Positions 49,489-63,970 are shown, counted from the first letter of the stretch. The stretch is 64,000 nucleotides of DNA from the human T2T-CHM13v2.0 reference genome, Homo sapiens (GCF_009914755.1 NC_060935.1); one strand, 5' to 3'. Numbers and translations: made by a program. Notes: a model not told the origin generated them from the letters alone.

Positions 49489-49825
49489 GAGGTCTTATTC
49501 TTAATTCTTCTCTGAATAAAGTGAAAAGAGAACAAACATGGATTGGGTATATAAGAACATATAGATTTCTACTCCAACTAAATAGAATTTAAACTGACAG
49601 CTATTCAATGCTATACTTAATAATGTAATCAAGTTTGAGTAGAAAACAATATGCCCTTTATGATCAATCATTGTCTTGGGGACTGTCTTTTCATATAGCA
49701 TTGTCTTTGGCTTTCAATCTATAGAAACAAAAAAGAAGGGAGGATGGAAACCAGGGAGAAAGGGAGAGAGGACAAAGAAAAAAACTAAAAAGTATCAAAA
49801 GCACATGGTTTAATTTAAAAATCTC

Positions 49826-50209
49826 GCCTGGTGGGGTGGTTCACACCCATAATTCCAGCACTTTGAGAGGCTAAAGCAGGGGAATTGCTTGAGCTCAGGA
49901 TTTTGAGACCAGCCTGGGGAACACAATGAGACCCCATCTCTACAAAAATATAAAATAAAATAAAATAAAATAAAATAAAATAAAATAAAATAAAATAGTA
50001 AAGTAAAGTAAAATAAAATAAAATAAAATGCATAAAGTTGAAAAAATTACCCAGGAGTGGTGGCACATCCCTGCAGTCCTTAGCTACTTAGGAGGGGAAG
50101 GTGGAAGGAGGGCTTGTGCCCAGGAATTCAGAGTTACAGTGAGCAATGATAGTGCCACTGCATTCCAGGCTGGGTGACAGAGACCTCATCTCTAAAAAAA
50201 TAAATAAAA
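49826..50209 (+). mobile_element. AluJ with expanded (TAAAA)n central linker
   Basis: TSD taaaaatctc at 49816 and 50210; pentamer tract at about 49950-50028. Confidence 0.92.
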
Positions 50210-53114
50210 TAAAAATCTCAATGAGGAGAATACTTCTATTAGAATTATTTCCAAAATTCTAACCCAAATTCTATAGTTCTTTATTTTAGAGTGTGCTAAT
50301 GATCAATTTACTGATATCTAACTTACCTCAGGTTCATGGCAGAAGGAGATCCTTTCTCTGCATATTAAAGAAACCATCAGTGAGCTCAGTCAAGGAGGAA
50401 AGTTTAGTGGCAAATGAAGAACTTCATTCTGTTCAAGAGGCTTCTTGGAAAATGTAATTTCATTAAATCCATCTCAGTATTCTCTTCCCCCTATTTCATT
50501 AATAAAAATTAAAATTGATGAATATGGTTATTTTTGTCTACATGAGGAACTGTGCATGAATTTATCTCAGTTTGAATATGGTCAGCCTGAGTTAAGGGAT
50601 TCTTCCATACAAGAGAAGTTCTATGAATGGGCACATGTTACTAGAGTAGAATCTATACCTAAAATTGATAATGATGTAATAAATGCTAACTCGAGAAAAT
50701 TATTTCATTGTGAGAAGGAGACTTCGCATAAATGATAAATAATCCCATTGCTTGTGAAGGCTTCTTTGCTTATTAGCTCTAAATACTACTAATTATTTCT
50801 TTCTCACTGGATATTATTAAAACATGCATAGCTTACCTACAGTGAAGAAGGTATATTACAATTAGCCATATCTTTATGTTATTGAGACTACATGAATTAA
50901 TAGCTACTGGATTTAGTTTGTCTAGAAAGTCCAGCTCCCAAAACGTTACATATTTTTGCCTATAATTTTACACTGTGGCTTATCACACTCAAATTTTAAG
51001 CAAATTATCTTAGAAATGTTTTGTTGTGTCTATAAGGATGCTTCCTATTTTTTAAATTTTCTTTGATCTCCATACCCCACTCCCCCTTCCCTCCCTCCAT
51101 GAGCAATTGTTCCACTTTATAAAACATGCATATTTTATTTGTCAGTATCTCCCCAAAAATGTATGGCATTCTATTGTAGGAATGTATCTGGAATCCATGA
51201 AGTTCATACACACCCATAAATTACATGCACAAACTTTGCTCCTCCTAACAGTAAGTTTTAAAGATCTATCCGTGTGGCTATCAGTACCTCTATCAGTTGA
51301 TTTTAAATGCTGCCTAAAGTCTGTGCCATGCACCCAGCACATTTATACATTCGCTGTCCCAGAAATGGGCAACTGGGTTCCCCCCATCTTGCCCCTTAAG
51401 TAATTTGGGGGGATACAAATTCAAGATTAGAGTATCTGTGTTATTTACATATATGCCATTTGTTTATGAAGTGCAAAAATTTCCACCATTTAGAACAGTC
51501 TTCTGTTGCAGGTCCTTTATTATTGTGTGCTTTTTCTTCAGTCTAGTCTGTATACTTTTGTTCTCTTAGGAATTCACAGATTCTGGTTCACCAAGAGAGT
51601 TGCTTCTTATTTTTCAATGTGGCAATGGAATTTTTTTTGTAAGTGTGCTCCTTGGAATTGGAGTTCATATGAAGAATAAGTAGCATCTGCTTGGTCTACC
51701 TTCATGAACTAAAAACCACAACTGTGAGAGAGACTTGCATAAATGTATGGGTTGAGAAGAAATACAAAGCAGGGAGTAATATTTGAATATACTGGGGAGA
51801 AAGAGATAATTGATGGATTAAGGTTTATAAGCCCTTTGAAGGACATGAGATTAGTAGCACAGGGACAGATTACACTTTAGAACAGAGGAAAGACACCTAA
51901 TTCTGATCAAGTAAGAAAATAGTGAAAAATTAGCTTTAATGTAAATGTTCTTTATCCATTCCTCCATATGAGAAGGATAAGAAAGAACATGAGAGACTTT
52001 GTCTTTCCTTTGAAAAAATTGACAAGGCAGTCATTTAGGAGTGAGGGGTGGTAATGAATAAAGTACTTGTTTGGATTAAGAGTTGCCAGGAATCAGAGGC
52101 AAAATTGGCCAAATTATACTCAACGATTTAATTAGAAGCACAGATGAAGATACTGGACTTTCAGATGACATCTTTGTTGGGTGTCTATCCATGCCATTGT
52201 GAGAGTTTCCCTAAAATATCCTACACAGAAAAGGTGGCATTACAAGGTGGCAAACTTGCATTTGTGGGTTTTAATAAGATGATAATTAGTGGATCTGTGG
52301 GATCCAGGCTGAATGAGGAAGGATATGATGCCAGAAATTTTGAAAGAAATGTAGAGATTGGGGGCCAATAATCTGAAAAGGGGCTGCTAACACCTAAGAT
52401 GCCTTTGTGCAAACTAGACAAAAGTACCCCGTTCAAAAGGACAGATTGCTTAATAACAGCTCCTCTGGGAAAATGAAATAGAAGGTAAGTCCCCTCTGAA
52501 CAGTACAATTAGAAATTGAGGCCCCTTCCTCCTAGCTAATCAACCCAGCACCAAGGGAGTCTGCCCTGCAAGTGGAGACCAGGTGCAACTGCAGCCCCAA
52601 TCTTTGACCCCATTTACATGCATCCTTGAACAAGGTCCCAGCTTCAGAGCCTGAGCTAGTTTAACACAAAGAACAGCTCTAGATAGGGAGTCATGACATG
52701 GCAGATCTGAAAGATATTTGTTTTTGATCACAGAGCAGGATATCACAATTGAGATACCGGAGAGAATGAGCCGCAAATGTAAATATAGGGTAGCTCCTCC
52801 ATTTATTCATACATTCATCATAAACTACTTTTTGACAATCTACTTTGCACCAGGCATAATTCTTGCTTCTGGCAACAGATTTAAACAGAAGAGACAAGAT
52901 CCTGCCTTCAGGGAGCTTATATTCTAGGGAGAGGAAGTCAGTGACACTATATGGACCATGCACTGGTCAACAAAGCAAATACATAAAAATTTAAAAGGCC
53001 AATCTCTCCTTCCCCCATAAAAAAAAAAAGAAAAAGAATCATAGTCACCCTTGGAGGGTGTTCATTATTTCAAAATTTCATAAGTAAAGAGATAAAGCAC
53101 ACATCTTGCCTTTC

Positions 53115-53890
53115 ATTTTTGTAACAGTTTCATTGAGATATAATTCACATATTATAAAATTTACCTATTTATTTGTGGGTTTTTTTTGTTTCTTTGTTTG
53201 TTTTTGAGATGGGGTCTCGCTCTGTTGCCCAGGCTGGAGTGCAGTGGCGCAATCTCAGCTCAGTGAAAGCTATGCCTCCTGGGTTCACACCATTCTCCTG
53301 CTTCAGCCTCCCAAGTAGCTGGGACTACAGGCACCCGCCACCATGCCTGACTAATTTTTTGTATTTTTAGTAGAGCCAGGATGGTCTTGATCTCCTGACC
53401 TCGTGATCTGCCCGCCTCCGCCTCCCAAAGTGCTGGGATTACAGGCGTGAGCGACTGTGCCCAGCCTGAAATTTACCTATTTAAAGTATATAGTTTAGTG
53501 GCTTTTAGTATATTCACAGAGTTGTGTAAGTAACACCACCTAATTTTGGACCCAAACCCATTAGGAGTAATTCTTATTCTCCACCCACTTACCTCAGTAT
53601 TAGCAAATCACTGGTCTACTTTCTGTTTCTGTGGATTTGCCTACCAGGGCTATTTTATATGAACGTCTTTTGTGACTTGCTTCTTTCACTTACCGTAATG
53701 ATTCCAAGGCTTATTCATGCTGTAGCATAAACTATAACTTTGTTGTGTTTCATTATCAAATAATACATTATATGGATATACCAAATATTGTTTGTTCATT
53801 CATGAGTTGATAGGGATTTGGGTTGTTTTCATTTTTGGCTATTAGGAATATATAAGAATGCTCCTATGAACATTTGTGTGCAAGTTTTTT
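53115..53890 (-). mobile_element. L1M 3'UTR containing an Alu (53171-53466)
   Basis: Alu TSD aaatttacctattt; the Alu lacks about 20 nt at agtagag|ccaggatgg. Confidence 0.8.
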
Positions 53891-53899
53891 TTGTAATGA

Positions 53900-54135
53900 G
53901 GACTTTCCTGACTCCCCTCATTTACATTTCCATTGACGCCACCTCCCTTTCATACTTTATTATTCTCCTTAGCTCTCATTATTCTTAACATGCTATAAAT
54001 TTTCCTTATGAATCTTATTATTGTTTTCCTTATTATTAGAATTTCATCTGTTTTGTTCACTACAGTATCCCCAGCATTGAGAACAATGCCTAGCACATAC
54101 TGGCACTCAGTGGAAATTTGCTAAATTCATTAATC
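53900..54135 (+). mobile_element. L2 3' end
   Basis: ttgttcactacagtatccccagc...gcctagcacatac motif. Confidence 0.65.
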
Positions 54136-54559
54136 ATAAAAACGGCAAACATAAAAGAGTTCAACAAACATGACTGTCATCTATTACTCATTAGCCAGCT
54201 GATGCTAACACTTTAATAAATTAGACAAAACCTTGCAATCATTCATTTATTCCTACTATGTGTTGAGGATAGTTGTTAAACACTGAATATACAACTCAAA
54301 CTGTCAGGTTCAGCATGACGGACATATATGCACCCGGTTATTGCAGTGGAATATGTTTGTAATCGCAGTGGAATGTGTTTGTAAAACATCTTTGGTTTTC
54401 AAAGTTCTGCAGTATAAGCGTATGAGGTACCTGAGCGGGTATCATCTCCACTCTACAAAATAATAAACTAAGGACCAAAGGAGTTAAGTGCAGTGCTGTA
54501 CCCACCACATCTTGCAGAGGATTCTAAGTGGCAACGAGCTTCTGACAACGATGCTGCTT

Positions 54560-55020
54560 CTAAGCGGGGGTGTGTCTGGGGTTAGCAGTGGGGCCACCAC
54601 GTGATCAGTCCGCCGACAGATCAAGCACAGCCTCTTCCTCCTGGGTGTGCCAGGCCCAGGGACAGAGGATGATGCCCACACAGCCAGCAAAGGGCAGCAT
54701 TGTTGTCAGCCGCCACCCCACCCTCGTCTTGGGAGCCTGCAGGCTCCGCGGAGCCATGGGAGCCCCACCGCGCCTCAGGTGTCCGCGCGGGTCTCTCGGA
54801 CAGCCCCGCTCTTGGACGTTAGAACCCCGCGAGGCAGGGTGAGGGGCGCCACCGAGGAAGCGCCCACCGGGCTCCCGGGGCTGCCAGGCCCCAAATTGAG
54901 GAAGTTGACTGCCAGATCACACTCTGTTGGCCCACGCGTGAGTGTAGGGATCCCTGGTTGGATTTGCACTGGCGCTGGGAATAAAACTAGCACCTGCTGA
55001 GGGTCAGGTGTTCCCCACGA
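54560..55020 (+). promoter_or_regulatory. CpG-rich promoter/first-exon region (possibly start of lncRNA LINC00301)
   Basis: Only non-repeat GC/CpG-dense patch in the window; CACGTG E-box near 54598; candidate donor CGC|GTGAGT at 54938. The identity is recollection only. Confidence 0.6.
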
Positions 55021-55305
55021 CCCCATAGTCACAGTGTTTTCCAAACCACTTCCAGTTGGAAAGAGCCTTAATTAATACTCTGTGGCACTTTTCACGTATT
55101 TCTTTCAATACCTTTTCTTCCAATGTGTGTTTTCAATAAGTGACCTGTTTGACACACCCAGCATCCTCTCATGTAAAAATAAATTGGCTAATTCACAGGA
55201 GGAGAATATGGAGATAGTGTAGTGAATTGGGGATCCCAGGGTCATGGTTGTGGCAATAATGACTCTTACTTTCCATCTTTTACCATCTTTCTATATTCTT
55301 TTTAG

Positions 55306-55395
55306 CTTAGGAGATGCGCCTTGGGTTTTGCGCTAGAGATCATATAAACAGAAACTCATATTTTGGATGATAGGAATGGTTGATTTCCAAGAACA
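55306..55395 (+). ncRNA. Candidate second exon of the CpG-promoter transcript
   Basis: Long polypyrimidine tract ending in AG at 55305 and 55310; possible donor ACA|GTAACT at 55396; no long ORF. Confidence 0.3.
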
Positions 55396-56314
55396 GTAAC
55401 TTAAGAGTTTCCCTGATTGTGTGTATTCCCTTTCCTGGCTGACCTACAAAGCTTTAGTAGGGAGAATCCTTAACCAGGATTATATAAGTAGATTCTGCTG
55501 CTGCTCCTCTGGAGCAGGCCACAGAGTCCTCGTGTGAAAAGTGGCTCTTCTGAGAATCGCCTCTTGAAATTCATATTGTCTGCGTGTATAAATTCAATTT
55601 GATCCTTAACATTGAAACCGAGGTTTGCTTTCTCAAGACTTTTTAGTACCTGCCGCATGTCTCAGTCAAGTCTGTTCTATCTCCTTGGGTTCATCTGCTA
55701 TGGAGAAAGACAGTATGTGTCTTTGGGGTAACCTTCCAAGGCTGCCCAAAACTAATTCAATAAATGCCAGAGAACCTATGCTCTAAGGCTGAACTTCCCA
55801 AACATGTTTCATGACTGGCATAAACAAATCTGCCCATTTATACGTAATGTGGTAATGTATCATGCATTTCCTGGTAACACATCAGCCAGGAAAGGGAATA
55901 CACAATCAGGGAAACTCTTGGAAAATCACTGTTCTTGGAAATCAACCATTCCTATCATCCAAAATATGAGTTTCTGTTTATATAATCTCTAATGCAAAAC
56001 TCAAGGCACAAGATACCCAAAATGGATAGAAAGGATTCTGCAAGCAATTATTGTTTTCCAACAATGTGCAAACTCATTGCTAGAGCCAGATACTGTGACA
56101 TTGTGAGATTTTGCAGCAGCAATGATGTATATGGGAAGGCACTTAAAAATCGTAAGGTACTTAAATATCACATGGTAGTGGAAATGTCAGCGGTCAGGAA
56201 TGGATGGAGTGCTGTGTGGGGAAAAGAAGCATAGGCCAAATATACCTGGCTCCAATGTGCCACACAAAGAAATGTGTACTGTGGCCCGAAGACAACAAGG
56301 AGCCATTGAAAGAT

Positions 56315-57110
<796 letters not shown>

Positions 57111-57289
57111 TAAGCAAGTGATTCCTACATGTGATTTCTGTTTTAGAAATGCCACTGTGGTCATATTATAGAGGCTGGATTTAAGCTTTTAGGTTCCTTT
57201 GCTGTGGTGATTGGGTGGTTTCATATTTTGCTATTTTGTAGCAAATTGTAACTCAAGGGAATAATTCAAAGGAATGGTGTGAAATAACC

Positions 57290-58294
57290 TGTAGGGTCCA
57301 GCCCTACAGGGCCTGTGGGTTTTTCTCTTCGTGTTCAGAGACAAGAGATTGTAGAAATAAAGACACAAGACAAAGAGATAGAAGAAAAGACAGCTGGGCC
57401 TGGTGGACCACTACCACCAAGGCGTGGAGACCGGTAGTGGCCCCGAATGCCTGACCGTGCTATTTATTGGATACAAGGCAAAAGGGGCAGGGTAAGGAGT
57501 GTGAGTCATCTCCAGTGATTGATAAGGTCACGTGAGTCATGTGTCCACCGGACAGGGGGCCTTTCCCTTTTAGGTAGCCAAGGCAGAGAGAGAGAGGACA
57601 GCTTACGTCATTATTTCTTCTATGCTCTTCTCAGAAAGATCAAAGACTTTAATACTTTCACTAATAATGCTACTGCTATCTAGAAGGCAGAGCCAGGTGT
57701 ACAGGGTGGAACATGAAAGTGGACCAGGAGCGTGACCGCTGAAGCACAGCATCACAGGGAGACGGTTAGGCCTCCGCATGGCTGTGGGCAGGCCTGACTC
57801 ATGTCAGGCCTTCCCCAAGAGATGGTGGAGCAGAGTCTTCTTTAACTCCCCCCGGGAAAGGGAGACTCCCTTTCCAGGTCTGCTAAGTAACGGGTGCCTT
57901 CCGAGGCACTGGCGCTACCGCTAGACCAAGGTCGGCTAAGTAATGGGAGCCCTCCCAGGCACTGGCATTACCACTAGACCAGGGAGCCGTCTAGTGGCCC
58001 TGTCCGAGCATGACAGAGGGCTCACACTCTGCTGGTCACTTCTCACCGTGTCCCTTCAGCTCCTACCTCTGTATAGCCTGTTTTTTCCTAGGTTATAATT
58101 GTAGAACAAAGATTATTATAATATTGGAATAAAGAATAATGCTATAAACTAATGATTAGTAATATTCATAGATAATCATATCTATATTCTATGTCTAATA
58201 TAACTATTCTTATTTTAAGTATTTTCTTTATTATACCAGAACAGCTTTTGCCTTCAGTCTCTTGCCTTGGCACCTGGGTGGCTTGCTGCCCACA
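57290..58294 (-). mobile_element. LTR13-family (ERVK) solo LTR
   Basis: Minus strand reads TGTGGGCAGCAAGCCACCCAGG...CCCTACA; 1005 bp; flanking direct repeat aataacc. Confidence 0.85.
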
Positions 58295-58899
58295 AATAAC
58301 CAGTGAGGTTGTTTCTAATAAAATCTGGAAAAGAAACCAAAAGTAGTGTCCAAAACTATAGGGGAATCGGGAATCTGATACAAGTAACTGGAGAGAGGTT
58401 GAAGGGAAACAGGAAAAAAGCATTATTGGCATTTGACTTTGTGGCAGTTCCTATTATTTGCTTCCCAAAACAACTCTGTGGGATTAGAAAACTAATTCTC
58501 TGAAATATTAAGTAGAACTTAACATTAGTAATTAATATAGACAACTGTTATTAGTCTAAAAGTAGTTGTACCAATTATACAGTTAGCAGTCAATATAGAC
58601 AAGATTTGAACTCAAGTCTATATCCACTTGTTTCACAACACTATGCTCCATTTTCTTAGTTTCATGTGTCATTGGTACATCTATTTGGTAACTGATCCTT
58701 AGGAATTAGTGGATGATGTAAATCAGAAAGAAAAATAATATAAGTAAAGATTTTGAAACCAAGATCTTAGACTTCAGAGTTGGCTATTGGCAAAATATTG
58801 AGAAAAAATCTAAACTAGGTAATGAACAAAGTTCCATCAGATATTGTAAAATCTAAAGAGTAAATTCTCAAAGCCATATGGCAAGAGTTATAAGAAAGA

Positions 58900-59860
58900 C
58901 AAATCAATAATTTAAAAAGACTTTGGCTGCAAGTAACAGAAAACAACTCTTGCTAGCTTAAGCAAAACAAAGAAACATGTATTTTCCAAGGGCAGGAAGA
59001 CATCTCAGCTTCAGAAAAGGACTATAACTAGGAAATTGAAAGTTATTAGGAACTCCAGTAGTTCTCTTGGTCTATTTTTTATTTTTTATTTTTCTGGACG
59101 TCTTCTCAGCTTATGCGGTAGAACACATTAATGTTCTTCATTTCAAGAGTTTATATAATCTCATCTAGAAGCAAACCCAGACTAAGGTTATAATATCTAA
59201 GTTCTAAATATACAATTCCTGGGAAAGTGACACTGATGGATCCAACATGAGACAGATTCCCCACCTCTCTTCCAGTTAGTACAATAAGGGAATAATTCCT
59301 ACAGATGACAAGCATGAAACAGAGGTGAGTGGGCCACATACCCAAAATGGTGTCCACAATAGCGAAGTCATAGAGATAATTTGTGGCTGCCATCTTTTAA
59401 ACATTCATGGCTGCCATGTGTTAAACATCTTCCCTACTTTTTTATTGGTCACTAAGTTGTAAAAGCTACCTTTCCCAAAATGGAATCCAAAAAATTATAT
59501 TCCCTTGCCTCCCTTGAAATCAAAGTGCAGGCATTTGATCTAGGTTCTGCCAATTACACATTCTTGCACTAAAGTTTGATTTAGGAGAGAACAACAAAAG
59601 AGACCCTACAGTAGGCATCAATTGGACAGATGATGGTCCAGGAGACAGGGAAGGTTTTATCATGATGCCAGTTCTACAACAGACTTCTGGGGCAGGAAAT
59701 GGCAAGAGCACTTCCTCCTCAGTTTTGATCAGCGATTTGTCTCTGGCATTATTTGAAAAGCCCACCCTTCCCAGTGATTACGTGAGCTCACTCATGTTCT
59801 ATTTTGCTTAAACAAGCCATATTAAATTATGCTGTCTGCATCTTAGCATCCTAAGGACCC
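58900..59860. mobile_element. Ancient MaLR/ERVL LTR remnants
   Basis: ggctgcaagtaacagaaa and ccttgcctcccttg...ggttctgccaat motifs; family uncertain. Confidence 0.4.
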
Positions 59861-60425
59861 ACAGGATGTCATTTAAAATTGGTAAAAATGTATAAAATCT
59901 AATAGGACAATTAGAATTGCCAAGAGGTTAGCCAAGTCCAAGAGAGCATATCAATTGATTAATTTTAAATACCTATTTCAGGGAACGGTTTCATTATTTA
60001 AAAATTAAAGACAACAATAATAGGGTTCTCAATGACCTTTAAGTGCTTATCTGAGATCACTATTTTTAAAATCACTATGTTTATTTTTTCTATGTTGCCT
60101 TTTAGAGATAGATTCCATTCATCCTTTCTAATGTCTACACCATATTTTGGATAACATGCCATCATCTCACATTGTGTTGAAAGAAGAAACCAGAATGTTG
60201 GGGGTAAGATTCATTGCTACTTGAGTAGATAAATGGTTTTAGTGTTGCAGATCCCAAATATTTAAGGAAAGAGACATTGATTCCTCTATCTCAGTTACCC
60301 AATGGGAGAGAGTTGATAAGCTGAGTCCCAGCAATCCTACTGCTGTGATTTTCCCTTTGTCTGTGTGTATCTATAAAGAGCTTGAAATAGAGACGCTGAA
60401 GTGAAGTTACAAAGGTTACACGTTG

Positions 60426-62804
60426 CCCTCTCCCTCCCCGTCCCCCTCCCCCTCTCCCTCTCCCCACGGTCTCCCTCTCCCTCTCTTTCCACGGTCTCCC
60501 TCTGATACCGAGCCGAAGCTGGACTGTACTGCTGCCATCTCGGCTCACTGCAACCTCGCTGCCTGATTCTCCTGCCTCAGCTTGCCGAATGCCTGCGATT
60601 GCAGGCACGCGCCGCCACGCCTGACTGGTTTTCGTATTTTTTTGGTGGAGACAGGGTTTCGCTGTGTTGGCCGGGCTGGTCTCCAGCTCCTAACCGCGAG
60701 TGATCCGCCAGCCTCGGCCTCCCGAGGTGCCGGGATTGCAGACGGAGTCTGGTTCACTCAGTGCTCAATGTTGCCCAGGCTGGAGTGCAGTGGCGTGATC
60801 TCGGCTCGCTACAACCTCCACCTCCCAGCCGCCTGCCTTGGCCTCCCAAAGTGCCAAGATTGCAGCCTCTGCCCGGCCGCCACCCCGTCTGGGAAGTGAG
60901 GAGCATCTGCCTGGCCGCCCATCATCTGGGACGTGAGGAGCCCCTCTGCCTGGCTGCCCAGTCTGGAAAGTGAGGAGCGTCTCTGCCCGGCCGCCATCCC
61001 ATCTAGGAAGTGAGGAGCACCTCTTCCCAGCCACCATCCCATCTAGGAAGTGAGGAGTGCCTCTTCCCGGCCGCCATCCCATCTAGGAAGTGAGGAGGGT
61101 CTCTGCCCGGCCGCCCATCATCTGAGATGTGGGGAGCGGCTCTGCCCCGCCGCCCCGTCTGGGATGTGAGGAGCGCCTCTACCCAGCCGCGACCCCGTCT
61201 GGGAGGTGAGGAGCGTCTCTGCCTGGCCGCCCCATCTGAGAAGTGAGGAGCCCCTCCGCCCGGAAGCCGCCCCGTTTGAGAAGTGAGGAGCGTCACCGCC
61301 CGGCAGCCACCCCGTCCAGGAAGGAGGAGGGGGTCACCCACCGCCAGGCCAGCCGCCCCGTCCGGGAGGGAGGTGGGGGGGTCAGCCCCCCACCGGGCCA
61401 GCCGCCCCATCTGGGAGGTGAGGGGCGCCTCTGCCCGGCCGCCCCTACTGGGAAGTGAGGAGCCCCTCTGCCCGGCCAGCCGCCCCGTCCGGGAGGGAGG
61501 TGGGGGGGTCAGCCCCCCGCCCGGCCAGCCGCCCCGTCTGGGAGGTGGGGGGCACCTCTGCCCGACCGCCCCTACTGGGAAGTGAGGAGCCCCTCTGCCC
61601 GGCCAGCCGCCCCGTCCGGGAGGGAGGTGGGGGGGTCAGCCCCCCGCCCGGCCAGTCGCCCCGTCCGGGAGGGAGGTGGGGGGGTCAGCCCCCCGCCCGG
61701 CCAGTCGCCCCGTCCGGGAGGTGAGGGGCACCTCTGCCTGGCCGCCCCTACTGGGAAGTGAGGAGCCCCTCTGCCCGGCCAGCCGCCCCGTCCGGGAGGG
61801 AGGTGGGGGGGTCAGCCCCCCACCCGGCCAGCCGCCCCGTCCGGGAGGTGGGGGGCGCCTCTGCCCGGCCACCCCTACTGGGAAGTGAGGAGCCCCTCTG
61901 CCCGGCCAGCCGCCCCATCCGGGAGGGAGGTGGGGGGGTCAGCCCCCCGCCCGGCCAGCCACCCCGTCCGGGAGGGAGGTGGGGGGGTCAGCCCCCCACC
62001 CGGCCAGCCGCCCCGTCCAGGAGGGAGGTGGGGGGGTCAGCCCCCTGCCCGGCCAGCCGCCCCATCAGGGAGGTGAGGGGCACCTCTGCCTGGCCGCCCC
62101 TACTGGGAAGTGAGGAGCCCCTCTGCCCGGCCAGCCGCCCGGTCCGCGAGGGAGGTGGGGGGGTCAGCCCCCAGCCCAGCCAGCCGCCCCGTCCGGGAGG
62201 TGGGGGGCGCCTCTGCCCGGCCGCCCCTACTGGGAGGTGAGGAGCCCCTCTGCCCGGCCACCACCCCATCTGGGAGGTGTGCCCGGCAGCTCATTGAGAA
62301 CGGGCCATGATGACAATGGCGGTTTTGTGGAGTAGAAAGTGGGGAGAGGTGGGGAAAAGAGTGAGAAATCAGATGGTTGCCGTGTTTGTGTAGTAGGAGG
62401 TAGACATGGGAGACTTTTCATTTTGTTCTGTACTAAGAAAAATTCTTCTGCCTTGGGATCCTGTTGATCTGTGACCTTACCCCCAACCCTGTGCTCTCTG
62501 AAACATGTGCTGTGTCCACTCAGGGTTAAATGGATTAAGGGCGGTGCAAGATGTGCTTTGTTAAACAGATGCTTGAAGGCAGCATGCTCGTTAAGAGTCA
62601 TCACCACTCCCTAATCTCAAGTACCCAGGGACACAAACACTGCGGAAGGCCGCAGGGTCCTCCGCCTAGGAAAACCAGAGACCTTTGTTCACTTGTTTAT
62701 CTGCTGACCTTCCCTCCACTATTGTCCTGTGACCCTGCCAAATCCCCCTCTGTGAGAAACACCCAAGAATGATCAATAAAAAATAAATAAATTAAAAAAA
62801 AAAA
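60426..62804 (+). mobile_element. SVA retrotransposon (C/D-like), complete domain set
   Basis: CCCTCT-like head, antisense Alu-like region, GC-rich VNTR (about 60870-62275), SINE-R, AATAAA and poly-A. Confidence 0.97.
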
Positions 62805-63970
62805 GCTACAAGAGTATGTTATAACTCAATGCAAGGAAGCTAAAAATCATAATAAAACATTGCAAGAGCTGACAGACAAAATAGACACTACAAGAATTTC
62901 ATAATGTAAACACAAGTATTAATAACAAAATAAACCGAGCAGAGGAAAGAATCTTAGAGCTTGAAGACTGGCTTTCTGAAAAAAGACAGGCAGACAAGAA
63001 TAGAGAGAAAAGAATGAAAAGGAATGAACAAAACCTCCAAGAAAATAAGGGATAATGTAGAGACTGGATCTATGACTGATTGATGTACCTGAAAGATATG
63101 GTTGGTTCTATGCAGAGAACAGAACCAATCTGGAAAACATATATCATGGTATCATCCATGAGAACTTCCTCAATATAGTGAGGGAGACCAACATTCAAAT
63201 TCAGGAAATGCAGAGAACTCCAGTAAAATACTCTACAAGAAGATCATCCACAAGACACACAATCATCAGATTCTTCCAACACCAATATGAGGAGAAAAAC
63301 ATATATTAAAGGTAGTGAGAGAGAAAGGCCAAGTCATGTACAAAGGGAAGCCCATCAGACTAACAACAGACCTCTCAGATGAAATACAACAAGCCAGAAG
63401 AGACTGGAGGACAATATTCAATATTCATAAAGAAAAGAAATTTCAAACCAGAATTTTATATCCAGCCAAACTAAGCTTCATAAGTGAAGGAGAAACACGA
63501 TTCTTTTTAGACAAGCAAATGCTGAGGGAATTTGTTACCACCAGACCTGCCTAACAAGAGCTCCTGAAGAAGGCACTAAATATGGACAAGAAAGACCATT
63601 ACCAGCCACTACAAAAACACACTGAAGTACACAAACCAGTGACACTATAAAGCGACCACATAAACAAGTTGACAAAATAACCGGCTAACATGATGATGAC
63701 AGGATCAAATACACACATATCAATATTAATCTTAAATGTAAAAGTGACAAGCTGGATAAGGAACCAAGACCCACCAGTATGCGGTCTTCAAGAGATCCAT
63801 CTCACATACAATGACATACACAGGCTCAAAATAAACAGATGGAGAAAAATCTACCAAACAAATGGTAAACAGAAAAAAGCAGGGGTTGCAATCCTACTGT
63901 CTGGCAAAACAGACTTTAAACCAACAAAGATCAAAATAGACAAAGTAGGGCATTACATAATGATAAAGGG
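62805..63970 (+). mobile_element. L1P ORF1 to ORF2 start, lacking its 5'UTR
   Basis: ORF 63315 (YKGKPIRLT...YPAKLSF) is ORF1p; atgacaggatcaaat is the ORF2 start at about 63696. Confidence 0.9.

Noticed and set aside
50445-50735. 96-aa ORF in unique sequence
   Set aside because: Non-ATG start, no recognisable homology, no clear exon boundaries.
54484-55044. Overlapping ORFs on both strands
   Set aside because: Expected in GC-rich DNA; no recognisable protein.
60291-62772. Many Pro/Gly/Arg-rich ORFs and a CRISPR-like periodic array
   Set aside because: SVA VNTR; no unique spacers.
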